64,000 bases of DNA, taken from NCBI GenBank assembly GCA_040384445.1, contig JAZKJG010000002.1:90087-154086 (forward strand), written 5' to 3'. Position 1 is the first letter of the stretch. Each line of letters begins with the position of its first letter. The notes below the pieces were generated by a model. The model was not told where the DNA came from. It made no database searches and was given only the letters and a program-made list of their open reading frames with translations. Of the stretch, positions 47,464-56,700 are shown in pieces. Source of the stretch: Patescibacteria group bacterium (GTDB lineage Bacteria > Patescibacteriota > Minisyncoccia > Phycocordibacterales > CAIZLB01). The position numbers were made by a program, and so were the translations under genes.

Positions 47464-47546
47464 GCGCAGGTGGCGAAACGGTAGACGCACTACCTTGAGG
47501 TGGTAGCGCCCGCAAGGGTGTGGAGGTTCAAATCCTCTCTTGCGCA
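47464..47546 (+). tRNA. tRNA-Leu (anticodon GAG), long variable arm
   Basis: Acceptor GCGCAGG/CTTGCGC. Anticodon stem-loop CTACC-TTGAGGT-GGTAG. Long variable arm. T-arm GGAGG-TTCAAAT-CCTCT. Confidence 0.75.
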
Positions 47547-47569
47547 CAAATTAATGTATAATCTTATAC

Positions 47570-48133
47570 ATGCTCGAACTGAATAAAAAGTACACCCTCG
47601 GGAAAAGAACCTTCTGGTTTCTCTTTTTTAAGAACGGAAAAATCGCAACCTCTATAGTCTTTCTATTATTTATTGCAATCATTGCAATGTACATTGGTCC
47701 AACAGGCGAATGGACAACAAACTTTTTAAGTACTAACTTTGACGGTGTAATCACAAAAGGTCTTTTAACACTTTGGTTTACCCTTGGAATTATTTCAATG
47801 GCTATTATTATTTTCATAAGTCTCTTTGAACACTTTGCACAGCATAAGTTTATGCTGGATGATCATTCTTTCCATATACGACGAGGAATTTTCATGATTA
47901 AAGAAAAAGTAATACCATATCGACATATTCAGAACGTAGATTTAGAGCAGCCATATCATTATAGAATTTTTGGAGTAGCTCGTTTAAATATCACCACTGC
48001 TCGTATTGATATATTCGAAGATGGACAAAAGGAGGAGTCTCGTGGTAAGAATAATCTCATACCAATTATTGATAAAAAACTCGCTAAAGAACTGGCTCAC
48101 TATCTTGTAAGCCAAGGCGATCGAAGAATTTAG
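47570..48133 (+). CDS. Bacterial PH-domain (bPH_2/YdbT-like) membrane protein
   Basis: Two TM helices then a PH-like domain ending ...IPYRHIQNVDLEQ...RLNITTA. Confidence 0.5.
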   Translation: MLELNKKYTLGKRTFWFLFFKNGKIATSIVFLLFIAIIAMYIGPTGEWTTNFLSTNFDGVITKGLLTLWFTLGIISMAIIIFISLFEHFAQHKFMLDDHSFHIRRGIFMIKEKVIPYRHIQNVDLEQPYHYRIFGVARLNITTARIDIFEDGQKEESRGKNNLIPIIDKKLAKELAHYLVSQGDRRI

Positions 48134-48134
48134 A

Positions 48135-48584
48135 ATGAAGCACAACAAACCTAAGACAAAAAAGAAAGAAGAAGTACGACAACTTAAAAGAGAAAAATCA
48201 TGGGATGAAAAATTAACAGGCTCTATTGGGTCTGTTCCTTCACTTATTATTCATACTCTTTTGTTTGCTGGGGTATTTGCTGCGATTGCAGTAGGTGTTC
48301 CTCAAGAGCAGGCATTACTCATGCTTACTACTATTGTATCTCTTGAAGCTATTTATCTTTCTATTCTTATTCAGATGTCTGTAAATAGAAACAGTATTTC
48401 ACTTGAGGAGGTTGAGGAGGATTTGGAGGAAATCCAAGAGGATATAGAGGATATTGAAGAAGGGATTGAGGATATTCAAGAAGATATTGAAGATATCCAA
48501 GAAGGGGTTGAAGATATCGAAGAGGAAATTGAGGAAATCCAGGAGGATATTGAAGATATTGAAGTAGCGACGAAGAAGCTATAG
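48135..48584 (+). CDS. DUF1003-family membrane protein with an acidic (E/D-I-E/Q) repeat tail
   Basis: TM region with SLEAIYLSILIQMSVNRN (DUF1003-like ...S.eAi.....lm.qNRq). C-terminal ~55 aa of EDIE-type repeats. Confidence 0.5.
   Translation: MKHNKPKTKKKEEVRQLKREKSWDEKLTGSIGSVPSLIIHTLLFAGVFAAIAVGVPQEQALLMLTTIVSLEAIYLSILIQMSVNRNSISLEEVEEDLEEIQEDIEDIEEGIEDIQEDIEDIQEGVEDIEEEIEEIQEDIEDIEVATKKL
48400..48570 (+). repeat. Imperfect tandem nucleotide repeats (9/18-nt units) encoding an acidic EDIE/EEIQ repeat
   Basis: gaggatatt / gaagatatt / gaggaaatc units repeated about 10 times. Confidence 0.6.
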
Positions 48585-48600
48585 TGATATTATGTAGGGT

Positions 48601-49488
48601 ATGAACGAAACACAATCAAACACATTTATTGCTTGGGTACAGGCAACACCTTTGAGAAAAGGTATTTTGAGTACAATTTTTATTTTTATTGCACTCGCAT
48701 TAGTTGCAACAACGGTACTGTTGTTTAAACAAGCTTCACGAGTTGGAGTGTCTGAGAACTATCCTCAGACATTGAACGTAACAGGTAAGGCAGAAGAATA
48801 TGTTAAACCTGACACTCTACAGTTCAACATTTCTATAAACGAAGAAGGAAAAGATGTTGGTGAGGCAACTAAGAAGGCAGGTGATAAAGTTGCACAAGCA
48901 ATAACAATCCTAAAAGCAAACGGAGTTGAGGAGAAAAACATTAAGACATCAAACTACTCAGTACAAGATAAATATGATTCAGTATCTGAGCCATGTGCGT
49001 ATTCTTCTTCAGCAGTCTCATCTGATATGCGAGTAATGGCAGTTGCACCGTGTACAAATACAACTTCAAAAATCGTAGGTTCAACAGTATATCAATCCCT
49101 TGAAGTAAAGATTCAGGATATTGAGAAAAATGCGACAGCAGAACAGAGAAGTAAAATTGTAGGAGAGCTGGCTGCTGCAAACATTAAGACAGACGGGTTT
49201 ACATTTACCGTGTTTGACCTAGACGCAGTTAAGGCACGAGTACGAGAAGAGGCAATCAAAGAAGCAAGAGCTGACGCGAAAGTACTTGCTCGAAATCTTG
49301 GAGTAAAACTACGAGGGCTTTCAAGCTTTAGTGAGGGTGGAGATTATATGCCATATGCATATGGATCAGCTCGAGCTGAAATGATGTCAGCAAAAGATGT
49401 GGCTGCACCTATGGTTCCAACAGTACAGCTTCCAACAGGTGAACAGAAGGTTACAAGTACAGTTACATTGACATACTTGATTAAATAG
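48601..49488 (+). CDS. SIMPL-domain (DUF541) periplasmic protein
   Basis: N-terminal TM/signal. SIMPL-like ...LNVTGKAEEYVKPD...; 295 aa. Confidence 0.6.
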   Translation: MNETQSNTFIAWVQATPLRKGILSTIFIFIALALVATTVLLFKQASRVGVSENYPQTLNVTGKAEEYVKPDTLQFNISINEEGKDVGEATKKAGDKVAQAITILKANGVEEKNIKTSNYSVQDKYDSVSEPCAYSSSAVSSDMRVMAVAPCTNTTSKIVGSTVYQSLEVKIQDIEKNATAEQRSKIVGELAAANIKTDGFTFTVFDLDAVKARVREEAIKEARADAKVLARNLGVKLRGLSSFSEGGDYMPYAYGSARAEMMSAKDVAAPMVPTVQLPTGEQKVTSTVTLTYLIK

Positions 49489-49572
49489 AAAGTTTCCTGT
49501 ATAATAGCTATTAACGTTAAAACACTCGAAAAACCGGGTGTTTTAAAATTTAAAAATTAATTTACATACACT

Positions 49573-49755
49573 ATGTCTATATTTTCCCACATACAAGAAT
49601 CACGAGCAGAGATGAAGCATGTGAAATGGCCCTCAAAGAAGCAGGTTATAAGTTACACATCAATTGTGATCATACTTTCTATCCTTATTGCCGGATATAT
49701 TGGAGCTCTTGATGTTATCTTTACAAAAATTCTTGCTTTTATTATTTCTAAATAA
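49573..49755 (+). CDS. secE: Preprotein translocase subunit SecE
   Basis: 60 aa. AEMKHVKWPSKKQV followed by a single TM. Immediately upstream of nusG. Confidence 0.75.
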   Translation: MSIFSHIQESRAEMKHVKWPSKKQVISYTSIVIILSILIAGYIGALDVIFTKILAFIISK

Positions 49756-49776
49756 GCGTAACGCATACTAAAACCT

Positions 49777-50319
49777 ATGGCTAAACAAATTGAAAAAGAT
49801 CGAAACTGGTATACGATTCAAACATATTCTGGATATGAGAACGCAGTGGTTCGAAATTTGAAACAGCGAATCGAATCTCTTGGTCTTGAGGAAAAAATTT
49901 TTAATGTGCTTGTTCCAACAGAGCGAATCATTAAAATCAAGAACGGAAAGCGAGTAGAGGAAGATGTTCGAATCTACCCTGGATACGTACTTGTAGATAT
50001 GATTGTAACTGAAGACACATGGTTTGCAGTTCGAAACACTCCTCGAGTAACAGGGTTCGTAGGTTCAGGAACTATTCCAGTACCTGTAACAGAATCTGAG
50101 CTTGCTGAGATTTTCTCACGAATGAAAGGGGGACATATTGTACATAATCTTGATGTCGCAATTGATGACTACGTAAACATTGTTGATGGTCCATTTAAGG
50201 ATCTGGATGGTAAAGTTTCAGAGATTGATCAGGAAAGAGGTAAGCTACGAGTGCTTGTTTCTATGTTCGGCCGGGAAACTCCTGTAGAGCTCGACTTCTT
50301 GCAAGTTAAGAAGAAATAG
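49777..50319 (+). CDS. nusG: Transcription termination/antitermination factor NusG
   Basis: NGN domain ([11 protein letters not shown]) and KOW motif (G.V..I....[18 protein letters not shown]). Confidence 0.9.
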   Translation: MAKQIEKDRNWYTIQTYSGYENAVVRNLKQRIESLGLEEKIFNVLVPTERIIKIKNGKRVEEDVRIYPGYVLVDMIVTEDTWFAVRNTPRVTGFVGSGTIPVPVTESELAEIFSRMKGGHIVHNLDVAIDDYVNIVDGPFKDLDGKVSEIDQERGKLRVLVSMFGRETPVELDFLQVKKK

Positions 50320-50348
50320 GCTATTATACACAAACACAAATACATCAT

Positions 50349-50774
50349 ATGGCTAAAAAAGTAACTAAAATAATCAAGCTGCAAATCGCAGCTGCAAAAG
50401 CAACTCCGGCACCCCCAATCGGTACAGCCCTAGGGCCTGCAGGTGTAAACATTGGAGATTTCGTTAAGAAATTCAACGATGCTACACAAGCTATGGCAGG
50501 AAGTACAATCCCTGTTGTAATTAACGTATACGATGACCGATCTTTTGATTTCATCATGAAAACTCCGCCAGCTGCAGAGTTTGTTAAGAAGGCTATTGGT
50601 CTTGAAACAGGATCAGGTACACCTAACTCTAAAAAAGTAGGAAAGATCACTCGAGCACAGATAGAAGAGATTGCATCAAAGAAGATGGTTGATATGAATG
50701 CGATTGATCTAGCTGGAGCAGTAAAAATGATTGAAGGTACATGTCGATCTCTTGGAGTAGAAGTAGTTGGATAA
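50349..50774 (+). CDS. rplK: 50S ribosomal protein L11
   Basis: [26 protein letters not shown] and uL11 C-terminal domain. Confidence 0.9.
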   Translation: MAKKVTKIIKLQIAAAKATPAPPIGTALGPAGVNIGDFVKKFNDATQAMAGSTIPVVINVYDDRSFDFIMKTPPAAEFVKKAIGLETGSGTPNSKKVGKITRAQIEEIASKKMVDMNAIDLAGAVKMIEGTCRSLGVEVVG

Positions 50775-50794
50775 ATTTTAAAACACATTATCTG

Positions 50795-50845
50795 AGAAAA
50801 CGCTGTCGAATATTTATTGACAGCGTTTTCTCTTGTTATATAATG
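50795..50845 (+). promoter_or_regulatory. 14-bp perfect-stem hairpin after rplK that embeds a TTGACA-16-TATAAT promoter; the -10 ends 7 nt before the next ATG (leaderless)
   Basis: GAGAAAACGCTGTC-N10-GACAGCGTTTTCTC. TTGACA lies in the loop/3' arm, TATAAT at 50839-50844, ATG at 50851. Confidence 0.55.
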
Positions 50846-50850
50846 GATGC

Positions 50851-51306
50851 ATGAACGACAATCAAACTAAACCAAACAGAAAATTTTTAAAATTTATACT
50901 CCTACTTATTTCATACGCACTTGTTGCGTTGTTGGTATGGAAAGTTACAACAAAACGACTTGTTGATCCTGTAGTTCTTCAAGAACAAGCAGCAAAAGAA
51001 CTTACGACGCTCGTAGAAAAAGTAGGGAAGATTATGGTCCTACCAGCAGAAGCTCCACAAGCTGCAATTATTCAAGACGTTGATTCACTTAAGAAAACAC
51101 AATCATTCTTTATTGATGCACAAAATGGAGATAAGATTCTTGTATTCGTACAAGCTCGAAAAGCTGTTATCTACCGAGAAGAAACAAATCAAATCGTAAA
51201 CGTCGCACTTAATATTGGACCAGTTACTGATCAGTCAAATTCAAGACCTCTAGAGCAACCAACGAATAGTACAACAACAGCAACAACTACTACTCCAGCT
51301 AGATAA
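50851..51306 (+). CDS. Membrane-anchored hypothetical protein
   Basis: N-terminal TM. C-terminal Thr-rich tail. Confidence 0.45.
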   Translation: MNDNQTKPNRKFLKFILLLISYALVALLVWKVTTKRLVDPVVLQEQAAKELTTLVEKVGKIMVLPAEAPQAAIIQDVDSLKKTQSFFIDAQNGDKILVFVQARKAVIYREETNQIVNVALNIGPVTDQSNSRPLEQPTNSTTTATTTTPAR

Positions 51307-51335
51307 ACGATAGGTGTTGGTATATACGAAATAGT

Positions 51336-52013
51336 ATGAAAAAATTATATATTCTCATTTTCATAGTTTTGATTTCGTTACAGAGTAGTGCTGAAACTAT
51401 GACAGGTGGTGGATATACGTTGAATGGTGGTGTCGATACAACTATCGGCCAAGGGCAAGGTGGAACATATACATTGAGTTCGAACGGAGATCCTCTTTCA
51501 ACACAAAACTCAAGTGGCGGAACATACACACTGTATCCTACTCCATATTCAACGGCGATTGTTCCTGTGACTCCTGGTTCAGGCACTGCTGTGCAGGAAG
51601 TGATTCGTGCTGTTGTGTTTGGAACTCGTGTGCCTAACTATCAGGAGTATTATCCAGGTGCAATACTAGGTACAGCAAGACCTACAAATCCTTCAAGACC
51701 TGGGATTGCTCCATCTAAACCTGGAATTGGTTCAGGTAGTGGAAACCAAGGAGGATCTGCTACTACGACGTATAGTGGTTCTACTACAACTACAAATTAC
51801 GGAGGAACTGAAGGAAGTACGGTAAATGAATTCGGAGAACTTGTGACTTCAGATTTAAATTATGAGTATCCTAATACTGCAGATTTTGAAAAAGGTACAT
51901 CTACGTTTGAAGGGAAGATTGAGACAGTTCGAAAAAATATGGATTGGTGGTGGTTACTGTGGATCCTTTTTGTACTCATAGTATTGAGGTGGTTAAATCG
52001 ACGTTCTAGCTAA
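51336..52013 (+). CDS. Secreted Gly/Thr/Ser-rich protein with a C-terminal Trp-rich TM anchor
   Basis: Signal peptide. Low-complexity GGT/STT repeats. C-terminal WWWLLWILFVLIVLRWLNRRSS. Confidence 0.5.
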   Translation: MKKLYILIFIVLISLQSSAETMTGGGYTLNGGVDTTIGQGQGGTYTLSSNGDPLSTQNSSGGTYTLYPTPYSTAIVPVTPGSGTAVQEVIRAVVFGTRVPNYQEYYPGAILGTARPTNPSRPGIAPSKPGIGSGSGNQGGSATTTYSGSTTTTNYGGTEGSTVNEFGELVTSDLNYEYPNTADFEKGTSTFEGKIETVRKNMDWWWLLWILFVLIVLRWLNRRSS

Positions 52014-52041
52014 ATCCTTAAAAATACTATATATTTCATAT

Positions 52042-53739
52042 ATGATTCCTGTAGCTACACACATAAAAGAAGCATGTCTTTCGTTTTCTCAAGAGGTAAC
52101 GAGAGATATGTTTGTTGTGGATATTGCTAAGGATATTACGAAAGGAGATTTGTATACGAACTTTGCTTTAGTAGTAGCGGGGAAAATGGGTAAAAATCCT
52201 GTGGCAGTTGCGGTTGATCTTGGGGTCTATCTTGACGCTCATCTTGACAAAAACCTTGTTGAAAAAGTTGAAGTAGTAGGAGGGTATGTGAACTTCTGGG
52301 TAAAGGTAGGTACTGATGTTAGTATTCCAGAACATATTCAGCATTCATCATTTACAGGAAAAAAAGTAGCATACGAATACACAGACCCAAATCCGATGAA
52401 AGAATTTCATATTGGACACTTGATGGCAAACACGATTGGAGAATCAATGTCGCGTCTTGGAGAACTTGCAGGGGCTGAAGTAAAGCGATACTCATATCAA
52501 GGAGATGTTGGACGACACATTGCCACAACTCTTTGGGGTGTGCGATTTTTGGACGCGCTTTGGCCAGAGGAAGAGGTGAGTGTAACTGAGAAAGTAAAAT
52601 TTCTTGGAAGTGCGTATGTTGCTGGAAATACAAAGTTAGCTGAACTTAAAGAAGCTGGAGAGGAAAGCGAGGAATATCTGAAAGCTGTAAAAGAGATTGA
52701 GGTGATGAATCAGAAAGTGTATGACAGAACAGATGAAGAAGTGAATGTTATGTATGATCAAGGGAAAGAATGGAGCTTATTGAAATTTGAAGAATTGTAC
52801 GACATTCTTGGGACAAAATTTGATTACTACTTTTTCGAAAGTGTAACCGGTCCGATCGGAATAGACTTAGTGAAGACACATATGAATCATTTTGCGAATG
52901 GTGAAAACGGTGCAATTATTTTCGAAGGTGATCATACTCGAGTTTTCATAAATGGAAAAGGACTTCCGACATATGAAGGAAAAGAGCTTGGGCTGGCAAA
53001 GTTTAAATATGACACATGGCCATATGATAAAAGTTTTGTAATTACTGCAAATGAACAAAAACAAGCACTCGATGTAACTCTTGCTGCTATTAAACTTGTT
53101 CTTCCTGAGATAGGAGATAAGAATGAATATATTTTTAATGGAATGATGAAGTTTGCTAACATGAAAATGAGTTCACGAACTGGAAAGATTATTGCAGGAG
53201 ATGAGCTTGTGTATTCAATGATGGAAGCATCACTTGAAAAAATGAAAGATAGAGAGATGACAGATGATGAAAAGAAAAAGATTGCACAAGATGTTGCGGT
53301 AGCTGCAATTAAATTTACGATTTTGAAACAGAACTTTAGAAAAGATATTATTTTTGATCAGGAAAAATCTCTTGCTCTAGAAGGGGATAGTGGTCCGTAT
53401 ATTCAGTATACTGCAGTTCGAATTCAGTCTGTGCTTAAGAAGGTTAAAGACATTGCTTCCACTGTTGGTTCTGAACCTCTATCTAAAGAAGCTGAATTAT
53501 TACTTCGAACAATATATCGATTTGAACATACATGTTTTAATGCTATTGAAGAATCTGCCCCTCAGCATGTTGCGCAATACTTAATAGATCTTGCATCTAA
53601 GTTTAATGGGTTCTATGCAAATAATAAAATCATGGGGGAGACCGTGGATAGTAGACTAGTGGAGTTGTGTGAAAAGACGTTGAAAGTGCTTGAAAAAGGA
53701 CTTTGGATTCTCGGGATCAGAACGGTGGAGAAGATGTAG
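52042..53739 (+). CDS. argS: Arginyl-tRNA synthetase
   Basis: HIGH motif (FHIGHLMAN). Class I Rossmann fold. C-terminal DALR-like anticodon-binding region. 565 aa. Confidence 0.8.
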   Translation: MIPVATHIKEACLSFSQEVTRDMFVVDIAKDITKGDLYTNFALVVAGKMGKNPVAVAVDLGVYLDAHLDKNLVEKVEVVGGYVNFWVKVGTDVSIPEHIQHSSFTGKKVAYEYTDPNPMKEFHIGHLMANTIGESMSRLGELAGAEVKRYSYQGDVGRHIATTLWGVRFLDALWPEEEVSVTEKVKFLGSAYVAGNTKLAELKEAGEESEEYLKAVKEIEVMNQKVYDRTDEEVNVMYDQGKEWSLLKFEELYDILGTKFDYYFFESVTGPIGIDLVKTHMNHFANGENGAIIFEGDHTRVFINGKGLPTYEGKELGLAKFKYDTWPYDKSFVITANEQKQALDVTLAAIKLVLPEIGDKNEYIFNGMMKFANMKMSSRTGKIIAGDELVYSMMEASLEKMKDREMTDDEKKKIAQDVAVAAIKFTILKQNFRKDIIFDQEKSLALEGDSGPYIQYTAVRIQSVLKKVKDIASTVGSEPLSKEAELLLRTIYRFEHTCFNAIEESAPQHVAQYLIDLASKFNGFYANNKIMGETVDSRLVELCEKTLKVLEKGLWILGIRTVEKM

Positions 53740-53761
53740 GGAATCATGTATACTACCCCTT

Positions 53762-56700
53762 ATGAAGACTCCAAATGAGCGAGAATTAGCAATACTGAAA
53801 TTTTGGGATGAGAACAACATTTTTCAAAAAAGTTTAGATAAGAATCCTATAGAAGGGAAGACTTTTCGATATTATGACGGACCGCCATATGCGACTGGGT
53901 TGCCTCATATTGGTAATATGCTTCCAACAGCAGTAAAAGATGCATTTCCACGATACAAGACTATGCAAGGATTTCACGTACCTCGAACATGGGGATGGGA
54001 TTGTCATGGGCTACCGATCGAAAGTTTAGTTGAAAAGAAGCTTGGATTTAAAGGAAAAAAAGATATTGAAGAATTTGGAATTGATAAATTTAACGAAACA
54101 GCCAGAGCGAGTGTGTTTGAGTTTCGGGAAAACTGGAAGAGTATTATTCCTCGACTTGGACGATGGGTCGATATGGATCATGACTACCGAACACTTGATG
54201 CCACTTTTATGGAGTCAGGTCTGTGGGCGTTTAAGCAGTTGTGGGATAAAGGATTAGTATACGAAGGATATAAAGTAATGCCATGGTGTCCTCACTGTGG
54301 AACAGTGCTTTCAAACTTTGAAGTAACAGAAGGATATAAAGAGATTACAGATCTTTCTGCATACGTACGGTTTACGACTGAAGGTGCTTCATTTATTGCA
54401 TGGACAACAACTCCTTGGACTTTACCTGGTAATGTTGCGCTTGCAGTTGGTAATGAAATCGCATACGTGTATGTAGAAATAAAATCAGCAGATAAAACTG
54501 AGACTGTTATCATTTCAAAAAATTCTCTTGAAAAAGTGAAAACACTTATAACAGCAGAGGGAACTACGTTTACGATTTTAAAAGAGGTAACAGGAAAAGA
54601 TCTTGTTGGACTTACATATACACCGCCATTTACATATTTTACAAATGACGCAACTCTAGAGAAAAAAGAAAATGCATGGAAAGTATTTGCGGGAGATTTT
54701 GTGACAGACACAGATGGAACAGGAATTGTACATATTGCACCCGCGTTTGGAGCAGACGATATGAAGCTTGCACAGGAGCATAATCTTCCTGTTATTAAAC
54801 ACGTACTCCCGAACGGTACTTTCGCGCCTGAAGTAACAGATGTAAATGGACAGGCAAAACCAATCGAAGATCATCAGAAGGCTGATATTGATGTAATCAA
54901 ATATCTTGCTCCTGCTGGAAAACTATTTGCAAAAGAAAAATTCATCCATACATATCCTCACTGTTGGCGATGTAAAACACCTCTACTTAACTATGCTACG
55001 ACAAGTTGGTTTATTAAAACGACAGCACTCAAAGATCGAATGATTGAAGAGAACAATAATATAACGTGGCATCCAGAAGAAATTGGAACGAAGCGTCTTG
55101 GTGCATGGCTTGAAAATGTGCGAGACTGGGCAGTGTCACGAAGTCGATTTTGGGGAACACCACTTCCGATCTGGAAAGGTGAGAAGACAGGAAAAACTAT
55201 ATGTCTTGGAAGTCTAGATGAGATAAAAGAAAAGACACGACGAAATACGTACATGTCGATGAGACATGGTGAAGCTACTCACCTTGTAGAAAAGGTGATG
55301 AGTTCTCATCTTGAGTTTGCGGAAAAGCACGGACTAACTGATCTGGGTAAGTCTCAGGTTATTGCGAGTGCAGAAAAGATGGTTGCTGAAAATACGCTTC
55401 CTTCTGTTATCTATCATTCACCACTTCGAAGAACTCGAGAGACGGCAGAACTTGTGCGTGACACAATTGAGCAAAAAACTGGAAAGAGAATTGAACTCAT
55501 CTCTGAGCCAATGCTTCACGAAGAAGATTTCGGAGATCTTGATGGGCATTCTCATACAGAGCATGACGAGTATAGAAAAACTCCAGAGGAATATATTAAT
55601 AAGAAATTTCCAAATGGTGAATCATATGCAGACATGCGACTTCGAATGGGGGAAGCACTATACAGGATTGACGTTGCTCACCAAGGGGAGAATATACTCT
55701 TAATCATGCATGAAGGATGTGTATATAGTGCAGAGGATGTTGCTCTTGGAATGTCGCTTGAAAATATTATTGCAACTCACGCAGGAATTACTCAGATCAA
55801 GCCAGGACAGTATCGAACACTCAATTTTGCACATATTCCACACAACACTTCATACGAAGCAGATTTTCATCGACCATATGTAGATGAAGTCGTGTTTGAA
55901 TTAGATGGAGAAAAGTTTACACGATTACCTGAAGTTCTCGATGTATGGTATGACGCAGGATCAATGCCATTTGCATCTGTTCATTATCCATTTAATCAAA
56001 CTGCAGATATTGCAAATACAATCACTGCTGACTTTGTTGCGGAAGGATTGGATCAAACTCGTGGATGGTTCTACCATATGCTTATCATGTCGGTTGCCTT
56101 GTTTGATAAAAAGCCATTTCATAATGTTATGGTAAATGGACTTCTTCTGGCAGAAGATGGACGAAAGATGAGTAAGAGTTTAAAGAACTATCCTGACCTT
56201 ATGCCTATTGTGGAACAATATGGTGCAGATACGCTCAGGTATTTTCTTCTTGCTTCGCCGATTGTACATGCAGATGAGGTAGCATTTTCAGAAAAAGCCC
56301 TAACAGAAATTCAAAACAAACTTTTCAATAAGCTGACAAACGTGATGTCTTTTCTCGATATGTACGGTGTGAAAGATGTAGAGATAGAACACACAAAACA
56401 AAGTGATCATATTCTTGATATGTGGATTCAAGTTGAGCTTGATACATTGGTTCAGGATATGACAGAGGCTATGGATACATATCAAATCGACAGATCATTA
56501 CGACCACTTCTGCAATTCGTAGATGAACTTTCAACTTGGTATTTGAGACGTTCTCGAGATCGGTTTAAAGATGCAGACGACGCTCTTATTGTTACAAGTA
56601 AGCTTGTCCAAATTCTGACAACTGTTTCAAAACTGATGGCACCTGCAACACCGTTCATGGCTGAAGAAATATACCAATTTGTAAAAAACTTTGACACAAC

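Noticed and set aside
46341-47546. Possibility that the tRNA cluster marks an integrated element
   Set aside because: No integrase, no duplicated tRNA 3' ends and no phage-like genes nearby. Only small membrane proteins and duplicated terminators are present.
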